Shown: positions 1-9,557, counted from the stretch's first letter. The stretch: DNA of 64,000 nucleotides from Candidatus Campbellbacteria bacterium (GCA_045863475.1 BTUR01000001.1:184978-248977); one strand, 5' to 3'. Notes: generated from the letters alone by a model not told the origin. Made by a program: numbers and translations.

Positions 1-159
1 ATGAGCACATCCGTTTTGAGATTTGCGCGGTAGTCTGCGCCACGAGCAAACCATCGTGACTGCCAATCACGCAAGATACCGAGGCGGTGTGCAAATGGAT
101 GTACTCGATGTGTCATATAGATAGATAGGGATTGGGGAACGGGGACTAGTGAACAGTGA

Positions 160-555
160 TTAGGAAGATTTCTTTGTCGTTTTCTTTGCCGGAGACTTCT
201 TCGGGGCTGCTGCCTTCGCGTCCGCCTTTTTCACCTCAGACAAAACCAGTGTGATGTTGCTTGAGTGCTTATCGAAACGTGTTGCGCGTCCCTGCGCTCG
301 GGGCAAAATGCGGTGCAGTGTCACGCCCTTGTCGACGCGAACTTCAGCAACCTTAAGCGTCTGTGCCTCCGTCATCCCCTTCTGCTTGGCGTTTGCAAGC
401 GCGCTCTGGAGTGTTTTTTCAAACTGAACCGTCGCTCGTTTCGGCGTTGCGCGCAAAAGCTGGAGTGCCTGCGGGACGCTCTTGCCGCGGATGAGGTTCG
501 CAACGAGGCGGACTTTACGCGGAGATTGCCGGTAGTTTTTGAGGTACACGCGCAT
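160..555 (-). CDS. rplV: 50S ribosomal protein L22, with a Lys/Ala-rich C-terminal tail
   Basis: The translation MRVYLKNYRQSPRKVRLVANLIRGKSV... matches the L22 family; it sits downstream of S19 as in the S10 operon. Confidence 0.9.
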   Translation of the reverse strand: MRVYLKNYRQSPRKVRLVANLIRGKSVPQALQLLRATPKRATVQFEKTLQSALANAKQKGMTEAQTLKVAEVRVDKGVTLHRILPRAQGRATRFDKHSSNITLVLSEVKKADAKAAAPKKSPAKKTTKKSS

Positions 556-557
556 AC

Positions 558-902
558 TTATTTCTTAGCTGCATCTGACGCTGCCGCCTTGGCTGCGTGT
601 GCTGCTGCAATTTCTGCCTCTTTCTTGGCGGTGTCGAGCGCCTTTTGCATCTGACCTCCGTGCTTGCGGAACGTCTTGCTCGGAGAAAACTCGCCGAGGC
701 GGTGTCCCACCATCTCTTCAGTTACGAACACGTCGATAAACGTCTTGCCGTTATGCACCGCAAAGGTGTAGCCGACCATTTCAGGGGTGATAACTGAGGC
801 ACGAGCCCACGTGCGGATAGCCGGTCCTCCCGGCTTCTGCTTGCCCACCTTCGCCATGAGTTTGACGTTGAGATATGGTCCTTTTTTGAGCGATCGTGTC
901 AT
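558..902 (-). CDS. rpsS: 30S ribosomal protein S19, with an Ala/Lys-rich C-terminal extension
   Basis: [12 protein letters not shown]...[18 protein letters not shown] is the canonical S19 core. Confidence 0.9.
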   Translation of the reverse strand: MTRSLKKGPYLNVKLMAKVGKQKPGGPAIRTWARASVITPEMVGYTFAVHNGKTFIDVFVTEEMVGHRLGEFSPSKTFRKHGGQMQKALDTAKKEAEIAAAHAAKAAASDAAKK

Positions 903-928
903 GTGACTGATTTTTAACGAGTATAGCG

Positions 929-1060
929 AGTATAAAAATCGTTACCCCGCCCTCTCTAGTTCCCTGCTATAACTGGCATAAACCTAATACCCTATCGCTC
1001 TCTACTTTGGCACGAAACAGGGATATCGTGCTTGAGAGGGCGGGGTTCTCGAAAAATACA
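929..1060. repeat. MITE-like element, copy 1, with terminal inverted repeats CCCCGCCCTCT ... AGAGGGCGGGG
   Basis: CCCCGCCCTCT lies at 945-955 and its reverse complement AGAGGGCGGGG at 1035-1045. Both ends are flanked by TAT(A/T)4TCG-like extended inverted repeats. The same architecture occurs at 3022-3150, 20470-20600 and 22030-22125. Confidence 0.6.
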
Positions 1061-1226
1061 GTCGTCAGAAACTCCTTATTTTTCGGAAAAAAATCGGCCC
1101 CTTGGCCTCGGGGCATAATACCAGAAGCGTCTTACGTGGTCAAATATATAGCTGACACAGAGGCTTCGCCTCTCAGTGCACTGAGAGGCGAAGCCTCCTG
1201 AAATCCACACATAATGCACAGGGGTA

Positions 1227-1535
1227 TTGCAAAGCATGAAGAAAGTATGTAGAATCAGCTGTGGAGTGAATGTTTTCCACCCGGACGCATCCTTCCGGCA
1301 AACACGCCGGCAGGTTCTCGCTGAGGGAGAAGTATCGATGGAAGACGCAGATGTCGGCAGAAAGGTCTGTTGCGTCAAGCGCGACGGCGACAAGGTCCAG
1401 GGCACGGTCTGCAAGTGCACGAGGAGAGGCATCGGCGTGAAGACGCCGCACCGCTTCTACCCGTCCGAGCAGTTCTCGGAGTTCTTCCGGGCCCTCGAGT
1501 ACCTCACGCCGCGACTGGCGCCGGCCGAGCTGTAA
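1227..1535 (+). CDS. hypothetical Cys-containing small protein (ORFan) inserted between rplB and rpsS
   Basis: 102-aa ORF on the opposite strand to the ribosomal genes; high GC; followed by a terminator hairpin. The frame is uncertain because alternative overlapping ORFs exist. Confidence 0.3.
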   Translation: MQSMKKVCRISCGVNVFHPDASFRQTRRQVLAEGEVSMEDADVGRKVCCVKRDGDKVQGTVCKCTRRGIGVKTPHRFYPSEQFSEFFRALEYLTPRLAPAEL

Positions 1536-1593
1536 CCAGGCAGCACCAATGGAACGGGTTTGAGCCCTCGCACGGCTCGAATCCACCAAGAAA

Positions 1594-1663
1594 GGCAGGT
1601 CCCTCGCAAGACCTGCCTTTTTTCTTTACAAAAAACCGCCCCGGCAGAGAGCCGGGGCGGTTT
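1594..1663. terminator. pair of convergent rho-independent terminators
   Basis: GGCAGGTCCCTCGCAAGACCTGCC followed by a T-tract on the + strand, and CCGCCCCGGCAGAGAGCCGGGGCGG with an A-tract (a T-tract on the - strand) immediately downstream of rplB. Confidence 0.6.
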
Positions 1664-1674
1664 AGCATTATCTG

Positions 1675-2523
1675 TTAGACCTTCCGCTTCTTGCCAACGC
1701 GACGGCGTTCGACAATGAGGAAGTTTGAATATTTCTTCGGACGGCGCGTCTTGTGTCCCTTGCCGACGTTCTTTCCGTGGCGGGTGCGAGCTCTGCGGTG
1801 ACCGCGTCCCTGGCGTCCTTCACCACCTCCGTGCGGGTGGTCAACCGGGTTCATCGCGGTGCCGCGGACCTTCGGCTTCTTTCCGAGCCAGCGCTTGCGG
1901 CCGGCCTTGCCGAGGTTCACGAGCTTGTTCTCAGGATTGGAAACTTCGCCGATGGAACCCCATGCTTTCTCAGAAACCTTTCGGATTTCCGTTGACGGCA
2001 TCTTCAGGAGCGTGTAGCCGCCGTCATGCGCGACCACTTCCGCGTAGTTGCCTGCTGAGCGGGCGATTTTTGCGCCGCCGTCGGGCTTCACTTCAATGTT
2101 GTAGACGAATGTACCGACAGGAATCTTTGCGAGCGGGAGCCGGTTGCCGGGAATGAGCGGTGCTTTTTCTGATGCGAGGAACGTGCCACCGACTTTCATG
2201 GACTGCGGTGCAAGGATGTAGCGGCGCGAGCCGTCTGCAAACACGAGCAGCGCGATGAAGCCGGTGCGGTTCGGGTCGTACTCAACTGATTCAACGCGCG
2301 CCGGAATATCTTTCTTCGTGTACGCAAAATCAATGTCTCGGAAACGGCGCTTGTGTCCGCCGCCGCGAGAGAGCGTCGTGAGGCGGCCGAATGAGTTGCG
2401 GCCCGTTGCCCGCTTAAATCCGCCGGTGAGCGGCTTGTGCGGGCGGCTGTGCGTAATGTGCTTCCGGAATTCAATGCCGGTCATGCCGCGACGTCCTTTG
2501 GTTGTAGGTTTGTATTTCTTCAT
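1675..2523 (-). CDS. rplB: 50S ribosomal protein L2
   Basis: MKKYKPTTKGRRGMTG... with GGGHKRR and HPHGGGEG motifs. The start is taken at the internal Met so that it does not overlap rplW. Confidence 0.9.
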   Translation of the reverse strand: MKKYKPTTKGRRGMTGIEFRKHITHSRPHKPLTGGFKRATGRNSFGRLTTLSRGGGHKRRFRDIDFAYTKKDIPARVESVEYDPNRTGFIALLVFADGSRRYILAPQSMKVGGTFLASEKAPLIPGNRLPLAKIPVGTFVYNIEVKPDGGAKIARSAGNYAEVVAHDGGYTLLKMPSTEIRKVSEKAWGSIGEVSNPENKLVNLGKAGRKRWLGKKPKVRGTAMNPVDHPHGGGEGRQGRGHRRARTRHGKNVGKGHKTRRPKKYSNFLIVERRRVGKKRKV

Positions 2524-2533
2524 GGCTGTAGTG

Positions 2534-2992
2534 TTACACGAGCTCGATGGTGTCTCCCTTCTTGAGCTGTACGTATGCCTTCTTGCCACCGCCGGTTTCA
2601 ATCGGCGTGCCGCGGCGCGACGTCTTCGTTTTCTTCGGAACGTTCACAACGCGAACACGAACCGGTGTGACACCGTAGACGTCTTTGACTGCCGATGCGA
2701 TGAGCTTCTTGTTTGCCGATGTCGCAACATCAAATGCGTAGACGTTGTGCGCCGAGAGCAGCGTTCCCTTCTCGGTAACGCGCGGGTTGCGCAGGATGTT
2801 CGGGTTCACGCGTCCGGCGGCAACCGTCTGCTTGAGGCTCTTCTTCTCCTCTGCGCGTGACGCACCCTTCGCAACCGGAAGCTCCTTTGCCTCTTCCTCT
2901 TTCACCTCCTGGACTTCCTTTGTCGCACGCTTCGCAAACAGCGAGGTCTTCGCTTTTGCACCGCTTGAGTTGTCTTTTTTACGAAACAGCAT
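2534..2992 (-). CDS. rplW: 50S ribosomal protein L23, with a roughly 60-aa Lys/Ala/Glu-rich N-terminal extension
   Basis: L23 core ILRNPRVTEKGTLLSAHNVYAFDV...KKAYVQLKKGDTIE; lies between L4 and L2. Confidence 0.8.
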   Translation of the reverse strand: MLFRKKDNSSGAKAKTSLFAKRATKEVQEVKEEEAKELPVAKGASRAEEKKSLKQTVAAGRVNPNILRNPRVTEKGTLLSAHNVYAFDVATSANKKLIASAVKDVYGVTPVRVRVVNVPKKTKTSRRGTPIETGGGKKAYVQLKKGDTIELV

Positions 2993-3021
2993 ATGTCTGA
3001 TTTTATTAGCGAGCGTTAGCG

Positions 3022-3150
3022 AGATTTATAAAATCGGCACCCCGCCCTCTACCCACAAAGACACCTGGAAGTTCAGTCTGAATATTCATGTTTTTTTGTA
3101 TCTGTGATTTTGTCATGGTGTTAGAGGGCGGGGTCTTCGAAAATATACTC
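3022..3150. repeat. MITE-like CCCCGCCCTCT terminal-inverted-repeat element, copy 2
   Basis: CCCCGCCCTCT at 3040-3050 and AGAGGGCGGGG at 3123-3133; flanks match copy 1. Confidence 0.6.
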
Positions 3151-3167
3151 ACTTCGTTCGTTATTTT

Positions 3168-3947
3168 CTAAGAGTTCAATTTTGATTCAAACGCTTTCAG
3201 TGACGCATCCGGGTCGACAATCACAACGTACGTGTATGAGAGCGCGGAAAGCGCATTGAGGTTGCGCGCCTCTTCAACTCCGGTTGTCGCGATATTGCGG
3301 AAGCTTTTCTTTACTGCCTCGCTGTTTGAAGGCATCACGAACAGCGCAGCGTTGCCTGATTTGCGCGCAAGCTTCTCAAAGCCTGAAATCTTTGCGAGAT
3401 TTGTGAGCGCAGTTTTCGCCTCGGCGGTTTTCGGAGCGTTCATGGGAAGCGTATCAACAAACAGCACCTCGCCGTCTGAAAGTTTCTTTGAAAGCACTGA
3501 GAACAACGCCTTCGCGCGCATCTTCTTCGGGATGCGAACACCGTACTCCTTCGAAGCAATCGGGCCGTGCGTTACACCACCGCCGCGCCATATCGGCGAG
3601 CGAATAGAACCGTGTCGGGCGCGTCCCGTTCCCTTCTGGCGCCACGGCTTCTTACCACCACCACGAACTTCGCCGCGTCCTTTCGTGTGTGCACGGCCGC
3701 GTCCTGCGCGTGCATTGTTTTGCATGCCGGATACCACCTGGTGCACCAAGTCCGCATTCCAAGAAACACCGAAGATGCCTGCCGGGAGTGTTACCGTACC
3801 TGACTCTTTTCCTGCGACTGTGAAGATGGGGGCTGAGAGACCGTCCGCTGATTTCTTCACCGCGACCTTCTTTTCAGCCTTCGGTGCAGCCGCCTTCTTC
3901 GGCGCTGCCTTCTTCACTGTTTTCTTTTGTGCGACTTTCTTTTCCAT
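3168..3947 (-). CDS. rplD: 50S ribosomal protein L4, with a Lys/Ala-rich N-terminus
   Basis: GRGRAHTKGRGEVRGGGKKPWRQKGTGRARHGSIRSPIWRGGGVTHGP is an L4 signature. The start is taken at MEKKVAQKK, just after the rplC stop. Confidence 0.85.
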   Translation of the reverse strand: MEKKVAQKKTVKKAAPKKAAAPKAEKKVAVKKSADGLSAPIFTVAGKESGTVTLPAGIFGVSWNADLVHQVVSGMQNNARAGRGRAHTKGRGEVRGGGKKPWRQKGTGRARHGSIRSPIWRGGGVTHGPIASKEYGVRIPKKMRAKALFSVLSKKLSDGEVLFVDTLPMNAPKTAEAKTALTNLAKISGFEKLARKSGNAALFVMPSNSEAVKKSFRNIATTGVEEARNLNALSALSYTYVVIVDPDASLKAFESKLNS

Positions 3948-3954
3948 AGAAAAA

Positions 3955-4554
3955 TTATTGCGCGATGACTTCAACGACTGTGCCGCGACGTCCCGGAACC
4001 GCGCCTGAAACAACGAGGATGCCCGCTGACGGGTCAATCTGGAGCACGCGAAGGTTCTTTACGGTAATGCGCTCTCCGCCCATGCGTCCTGCCATGCGGC
4101 GGCCTTTCGGCACGCGCTGCACACCACCGGCGCCGATGGAGCCCGGCTCGCGCTCTGAGTGCTTCTGACCGTGCGTGCGGCGTCCGCCGTGGAATCCGTG
4201 CCGCTTCACCACACCCTGGAATCCTTTTGCCTTTGAAATACCCGAAACCGTAACCGTGTCACCGACCGCAAGCGAGTTGGGGTCAATAACCGTACCGACT
4301 GCAAAGTTTGCGATGTCACCGACTTGAAATTCTTTAAAATTCTGGAATGTCCCCTTCGCTTTCTGCGCGCGGTTTACTTTCGATTCCTTCTTTGTGCCAT
4401 AGCCAACCTGCACCGCGGTGTAGCCGTCGGTGTCTTGTGTTTTCACCTGTGTGACCGTCGCCGGAAACAGTGAAATGACCGTGCCCGGGTGCACGACGCC
4501 TTTTTCGTCGAAAATCTGCGTCATCTCTTGCTTTGTACCAATGAGAAATTTCAT
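3955..4554 (-). CDS. rplC: 50S ribosomal protein L3
   Basis: MKFLIGTKQEMTQIFDEKG...GFQGVVKRHGFHGG is an L3 signature. Confidence 0.9.
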   Translation of the reverse strand: MKFLIGTKQEMTQIFDEKGVVHPGTVISLFPATVTQVKTQDTDGYTAVQVGYGTKKESKVNRAQKAKGTFQNFKEFQVGDIANFAVGTVIDPNSLAVGDTVTVSGISKAKGFQGVVKRHGFHGGRRTHGQKHSEREPGSIGAGGVQRVPKGRRMAGRMGGERITVKNLRVLQIDPSAGILVVSGAVPGRRGTVVEVIAQ

Positions 4555-4749
4555 TTTTATTTTCTCCTGCGTTCCCGCAGGTTGAAAACTGATTCGCCCT
4601 GCCGGACACTGTGGTCCGGCAGGGCCGGTAGTGTCCAGTGGTCCCTATAGGGACGTGGAACGTAACGGGAGACACTATACACGAGCACTGTTTTGGATGC
4701 AAGACGCCCGCGACAAGTAGTCGCGGGCAAGAGGGGTATCAACAGGCAT

Positions 4750-4971
4750 TCAGAAGGAGTCGAGCGCCTTGAGCCACCCCTTGGGAAGCTCGTTGGGGTT
4801 GGACATCTGCGCACCGCAGTTCGGGCAGAAGCGCGGGTTCCGGTTGCCGTCTTGGTGACGAATCTGTCCCCCGCAGGAGCTGCACTTGAGGATCATTCCC
4901 TGGTACGGATGATAGTAGTCGGCGACCCACTCCGCGGTCTTGACCTGCGCCTGTTCACCAGCCATGTCCAT
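4750..4971 (-). CDS. small zinc-ribbon protein (CxxC...CxxC)
   Basis: The 73-aa product contains KCSSCGG...RFCPNCGAQM; the gene sits in an insertion island between rplC and rpsJ and has high GC. Confidence 0.45.
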   Translation of the reverse strand: MDMAGEQAQVKTAEWVADYYHPYQGMILKCSSCGGQIRHQDGNRNPRFCPNCGAQMSNPNELPKGWLKALDSF

Positions 4972-5122
4972 CTCCTTTCGGGAATCTACCCGCGACTATA
5001 CGCTGGCGGCAATACGAAGTCAAAGCGAGGCGTCCCTTAGGGACGATTGATGGCACTATTGCCACCGTGCACACATAAGAGTAAGGTGGCGAAAGAGTTG
5101 TTCCAACAAAAGGAGAACGGAC

Positions 5123-5773
5123 ATGCGGAAAGACAGGTTTCTCGATTTTCTCGGTGGAGCTGCGTTTTTCGGAGGGATATTCCTGAGTGCCTGGCACCAC
5201 GCCGCGTACCCTGGCCCTGTCACTTTCTGGTGGGGACTCATGCACGTGCCCTTGGTGGCTCTGTGGGTTTTTGGTCTTCGGAGGCTTTTCCACATCCTGA
5301 TGGGACCAAGTGTGGATGAGCTCGAGGCCGAAGACCGTCAGGCACGGGCAGGGAAATCCACCCCCGCCACGCTTGTGTCGGTCGTCGTTGTCGCGCTGCT
5401 CAGTGCCCCTGCGCTTGCGCAGGAAATCCCGAAGACGGACACTCCGCTGGTTTTCAAGTCAGTCGTGCGCGACGTCAACGTCAGAGAGTTCGTCCTCTCC
5501 CCGGAGGAGGAGGTTCGTTTCTTCAAGAGCAATGTGACACGACTGGAGCGAGAGGTCGTGGTCGCCGTCCTCCAGACGCGCATGAGCATGGAGACCGAAG
5601 AAGACGGGAGTATTGTCGCCCTGCTTCTTCGAGTTAAGACGGAAACCGCCTGTTACGGGTTCTGTTTCGAGCCCGAGGTACTGGAGCCGCCATCCTGCGT
5701 CGTTCCACTGGAGATGCCGAAGGCAACCGCCGCTGTCCCCGCAAGGGACGGCGGTTTTTTCATACAAAAGTAA
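5123..5773 (+). CDS. hypothetical membrane/secreted protein
   Basis: 216-aa ORF with N-terminal hydrophobic segments; terminator hairpin at 5726-5762. Confidence 0.35.
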   Translation: MRKDRFLDFLGGAAFFGGIFLSAWHHAAYPGPVTFWWGLMHVPLVALWVFGLRRLFHILMGPSVDELEAEDRQARAGKSTPATLVSVVVVALLSAPALAQEIPKTDTPLVFKSVVRDVNVREFVLSPEEEVRFFKSNVTRLEREVVVAVLQTRMSMETEEDGSIVALLLRVKTETACYGFCFEPEVLEPPSCVVPLEMPKATAAVPARDGGFFIQK

Positions 5774-5824
5774 AAGCCGCACCGAGAATCTCGGTACGGC
5801 TTCCACAGGAGATGGGAGCAGTGA

Positions 5825-6142
5825 TTAGCCGTACTGGACGGCCTTCTTCAGAAAATCCCGTGGGAAACCCTGCTCACAGAATCGAAGCACCTTCCCGCAA
5901 CTGCGACAAAATCGGGGTAGCCGTTGGACCGAAAACTCTGGAAACTGGTCGCCACAGCCGCCGCACTCGAACGTGCATCCCTTGATCGGGTTGAACTCAA
6001 CCGTGGTGATGTCGCACTCGTGTGCGCCATCCACGACCGTCACCCTTTCCGGTACAACCCCTTCACTCACGCATTCCTCCTGTTTCGAAAGAACAAGCTC
6101 CAAATCTATTTTCGGAGCGGAACTGGTGAAGATACCAAACAT
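5825..6142 (-). CDS. hypothetical Cys-rich (zinc-ribbon-like) protein
   Basis: The 105-aa product contains CGGCGDQF...FCRSCGK, a second zinc-ribbon-like protein in the same island. Confidence 0.4.
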   Translation of the reverse strand: MFGIFTSSAPKIDLELVLSKQEECVSEGVVPERVTVVDGAHECDITTVEFNPIKGCTFECGGCGDQFPEFSVQRLPRFCRSCGKVLRFCEQGFPRDFLKKAVQYG

Positions 6143-6227
6143 TTTTTAATGCGCAAGCGTTTGACACGGTTATACAAAAACTATAGATTGCTCCAAGATT
6201 CAAACGCTCAAGAAAGGAGTCCGCTTC

Positions 6228-6545
6228 ATGATCTTTGGCATCGTAGGCAATAAGGAGCGGGATGGCAGTTTGTTCCTGTATACCTGCTTCGTCGCGCGGA
6301 ACGAGAAGGAGTTCTTCGACCAGCATGCGCAGTACGGAACGGACGGCTTCCAAGTCCTTCGTGTCGAATCCCCGTGTACTTTCCTGGGGAGCGAGGAGGA
6401 GCTGCTCGAGCAACTCTGCAAACACATCGCCGAGAAAGGACCAATGGCCAGTCTGCTGCGTATGGCCTTGAAGGCCGGCGCGAAGGTCGGCTGGGAAGTG
6501 CGAACACAAGATATCGCACACCGCCTGCTCGGAATCGGTAGATAA
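6228..6545 (+). CDS. hypothetical protein
   Basis: 105-aa ORF followed by strong terminator hairpins at 6569-6595 and 6604-6628. Confidence 0.35.
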   Translation: MIFGIVGNKERDGSLFLYTCFVARNEKEFFDQHAQYGTDGFQVLRVESPCTFLGSEEELLEQLCKHIAEKGPMASLLRMALKAGAKVGWEVRTQDIAHRLLGIGR

Positions 6546-6568
6546 CAGGGCGGAAGCCATCTCTATAC

Positions 6569-6628
6569 CGCCGTCTTTCGGGACGGCGGTTTTTCCATAT
6601 GAAAACCCGCCCTTTCGGGTGGGTTTTG
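6569..6628. terminator. tandem/bidirectional rho-independent terminators
   Basis: CCGCCGTCTTTCGGGACGGCGG followed by TTTTT, and AACCCGCCCTTTCGGGTGGGTT followed by a T-run; these serve the + strand ORF and the downstream end of rpsJ. Confidence 0.6.
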
Positions 6629-6786
6629 TTACATCATCCGCGCACCGAAAATCTCATCTTCCGGTTTCATCTCATTTTGAGGAATGTACGGTCACCGACT
6701 CCTCAGTGATATTTTGAGTACGCTGATTTTGGTACGGGATTGATGAAAAATAAAGTCACCCGACCTTGCGGCCGGGCTCCTTATTT

Positions 6787-7149
6787 TTACATCATTTTGA
6801 CTTCAATGTTCACTCCTGACGGCAGTGACAGCGAGGTGAGCGACTCGATAACTTTCGGAGAGGGGTTCATGATGTCGAGTACTCGCTTGTGAATGCGCAT
6901 CTCGAATTGCTCTCGTGAGTTCTTGTCGATGAATGCGCCGCGGTTGACCGTGTAGGTCGAGCGCTCGGTCGGAAGCGGAATAGGACCAATGACCTCCGCG
7001 TCGTACTTCGTCGCCGTGTCGAGAATCTGCTTCATCGACTCGTCGAGCAGCTTGTGCTCGTAGGCGCGAACGCGGATGCGCAGCTTGTGCGGTGCGTCAT
7101 CGCCCGTTTTGGCTGCTTTCTTGGTTTTCGGTTTTTTCAACGTACTCAT
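6787..7149 (-). CDS. rpsJ: 30S ribosomal protein S10
   Basis: MSTLKKPKTKK...RIRVRAYEHKLLDESMKQILD...GPIPLPTERSTYTVNRGAFIDKNSREQFEMRIHKRVLDI is the S10 family. The start is taken at the internal Met rather than the extended ORF. Confidence 0.85.
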   Translation of the reverse strand: MSTLKKPKTKKAAKTGDDAPHKLRIRVRAYEHKLLDESMKQILDTATKYDAEVIGPIPLPTERSTYTVNRGAFIDKNSREQFEMRIHKRVLDIMNPSPKVIESLTSLSLPSGVNIEVKMM

Positions 7150-7255
7150 AGGTTCCGTGCGGGGATACTGTAGCGTATCGGGGTGTTTCTGTCTAGGAAT
7201 CCTCCTCACGTCGCCGAGCTCCAACGAAGTTGGAGCTCGGTACACGTGCCCAGGA

Positions 7256-8458
7256 TTACGCAACAATCTTTGTGACGACTCCTGCACCCACTGTCTTGCC
7301 ACCCTCGCGGATAGCGAAACGCTGCTGTGCTTCAAGCGCAATCGGCGCTGTGAGCTTCACTTTGAACGTTACGGTGTCACCCGGCATGACCATCTGAACG
7401 CCCTCAGCGAGTGTTACCTCTCCGGTGACGTCAGTCGTGCGGATGTAGAACTGCGGCTTGTAGCCGGAGACGAACGGCGTGTGGCGTCCGCCTTCATCCT
7501 TCGTGAGGATGAGGACCTCGGCCTCGAATTCCGTGTGCGGCGTAACCGAACCCGGAGCTGCGATGACCTGTCCGCGCGTCACGTCTTCTTTCTTGAGACC
7601 GCGGATGAGGATGCCTGCGTTGTCACCTGCCTGTCCTTCGTTGAGCGACTTGTTGAACATCTCAATGCCGGTAACGGTCGTCTTCTGCGTCGGCGCAAGT
7701 CCGACAACTTCAACGTCCTGACCAACTTTGATGATACCGCGCTCGATGCGGCCCGTTACCACGGTGCCACGTCCTTCAATTGAGAAGATGTCTTCAACCG
7801 GCATGAGGAACGGTTTGTCCGTTTCGCGAACCGGCTCGGTGATGTAGCTGTCGAGCGTGTTGACGAGCTCAAACACCTTCTGTGCCCACTCATCATCTGC
7901 TGACTTCGCTTCAAGCGCCTTAAGGCCTGAACCGCGGACGAACGGCGTCTCTTTGCCGTCGAATCCGTACTTCGTGAGCATTTCGCGAACCTCCTCTTCG
8001 ACGAGGTCGATGAGTTCGGCGTCGGCGACCATGTCACACTTGTTAAGGAAGACGATCATTTTCGGAACACCAACTTGCTTTGCAAGAAGGATGTGTTCAC
8101 GCGTCTGCGGCATCGCGCCGTCCGGAGCTGCAACCACGAGCACTGCGCCGTCCATTTGAGCGGCACCGGTGATCATGTTCTTGATGTAGTCGGCGTGACC
8201 AGGAGCGTCGATGTGCGCGTAGTGGCGGTTCGGCGTCCAGTACTCCGAGTGGTGGAGTGAAATAGTAATACCGCGCGCCTTCTCTTCGGGCGCTTTGTCG
8301 ATGTTGTCGATTGCCTCGACGCGGGCGCCGTATCCCTTGTCCTTGTTGAGGTCCAGGACGTGGAGGATAGCTGCGGTGAGAGTCGTCTTGCCGTGGTCAA
8401 CGTGGCCGATGGTTCCGACGTTGACGTGCGGCTTTGAACGATCAAATTCTGCTGCCAT
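7256..8458 (-). CDS. tuf: elongation factor Tu
   Basis: [22 protein letters not shown] and NKCD GTPase motifs; 400 aa. Confidence 0.95.
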   Translation of the reverse strand: MAAEFDRSKPHVNVGTIGHVDHGKTTLTAAILHVLDLNKDKGYGARVEAIDNIDKAPEEKARGITISLHHSEYWTPNRHYAHIDAPGHADYIKNMITGAAQMDGAVLVVAAPDGAMPQTREHILLAKQVGVPKMIVFLNKCDMVADAELIDLVEEEVREMLTKYGFDGKETPFVRGSGLKALEAKSADDEWAQKVFELVNTLDSYITEPVRETDKPFLMPVEDIFSIEGRGTVVTGRIERGIIKVGQDVEVVGLAPTQKTTVTGIEMFNKSLNEGQAGDNAGILIRGLKKEDVTRGQVIAAPGSVTPHTEFEAEVLILTKDEGGRHTPFVSGYKPQFYIRTTDVTGEVTLAEGVQMVMPGDTVTFKVKLTAPIALEAQQRFAIREGGKTVGAGVVTKIVA

Positions 8459-8778
8459 ATGTATTAATGCTAAAAATTGCTAAAAAGTGGCTCTCTACTT
8501 TAACCCCTCGAGAAGCGCACACGCTTCCGACAAAAAATACGCTAAGCGCGCATTGTGTAAGCACGGCTCATACTATACGTGTACGCAAGAGGAGTCAATC
8601 CCGTTAGAGCTGTATTTTCAATGAACAGTGGAGAAACTGTGTATAGAAAAACCCTACGTGCCGCTGCGATTCGGATGATGGAATCTCTAACGGGATCAAC
8701 TTTTTCGGCACTTTTTGTGCATTACGCGTGGATAAGCGAAAGCCCCGTCCCGGCGTGCCGGAACGGGGTCTTCAAGAA

Positions 8779-9426
8779 CTACATCATGTCCAGAAAATCG
8801 TACTGTCGGGGAAGCTCGAGGTGATCCGGCACGCGGATGCGTTCGACGGGAACACGGTCCCCCAGTGCATCCAGAATGTGCTGTCCGATGAGAAACATCT
8901 GCGGACACATCTCGCGCGGCTCGTGTCCCGGTCGCAGATAGCATGCGACAATCACATGACTTCTGCGCGCGGACTCAATCATCGCCTCGACGCGCGCAAG
9001 CGATGCTCCGACGCGCAGTGCTGCAATCAGTATCTCTTCGCGCGAAGCGTGACTGCCGAGGTGCCGGTCCTTCCATCCGAAATCAATGACACGCAATTCA
9101 TCACCGGAGAGCTCGCCGTGGAGTACGAACAACAGTACGTTCGTGTTCTCGATAAGCTCATCGCGACGCTGTGACGCGTACATCTTGTTCGCCGCCGCTC
9201 CCCTGCTGTTGCTCTCCAGGAGCATCGCGGATGGCGCCACGATACACATCGACACCATCATGATGCCGCACCAGCGCAACATCGTTGCGTCACTCATGCT
9301 AAACCCCGCAATGAGCGCTCCGAAACTGATGATGCTGAGCATCACGCCTACGAACGACACTCCTGCAAGTACCGCGAGTTTGCTTCTCTGCCACCTGCTT
9401 TTTCGAGCGAGCTCTCCGTAGGTCAT
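8779..9426 (-). CDS. MTYGE-family membrane protein, paralog 1 (2 TM plus cytoplasmic domain)
   Basis: Begins MTYGEL, has two N-terminal TM helices, and shares LFxLxHGxL...VRxIxxxW and C-terminal PLDxF-like motifs with the two neighbouring genes. Confidence 0.55.
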   Translation of the reverse strand: MTYGELARKSRWQRSKLAVLAGVSFVGVMLSIISFGALIAGFSMSDATMLRWCGIMMVSMCIVAPSAMLLESNSRGAAANKMYASQRRDELIENTNVLLFVLHGELSGDELRVIDFGWKDRHLGSHASREEILIAALRVGASLARVEAMIESARRSHVIVACYLRPGHEPREMCPQMFLIGQHILDALGDRVPVERIRVPDHLELPRQYDFLDMM

Positions 9427-9557
9427 CGCACGTCCCTCCGCATGCGCCGTACCTTCGTTCCTTCTCTGTACTCAATGGTCGCACGGGAGGGTTCAAGCGC
9501 AAGTGGAAAACCCCCGCACGCTTTTTGCGTGCGGGGGTCGTGAGGAACGAAGAGCTG

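Noticed and set aside
2534-2601. Apparent 68-nt overlap between rplW and rplB
   Set aside because: It is resolved by starting rplB at the internal Met (MKKYKPTTKGRR, position 2523), which matches the conserved L2 N-terminus and leaves a 10-nt gap.
7076-8445. Long ORFs antisense or out-of-frame within tuf (for example 7076-7783 +, 7756-8037 -, 8173-8445 -), and similar ones inside pnp, the FG-GAP gene (14021-15025 -) and comM
   Set aside because: These are shadow ORFs typical of GC-rich coding sequence. The overlapping frames carry strong, recognisable homolog signatures (EF-Tu, PNPase and so on); the shadow ORFs have low-complexity Ser/Thr/Arg-rich translations.
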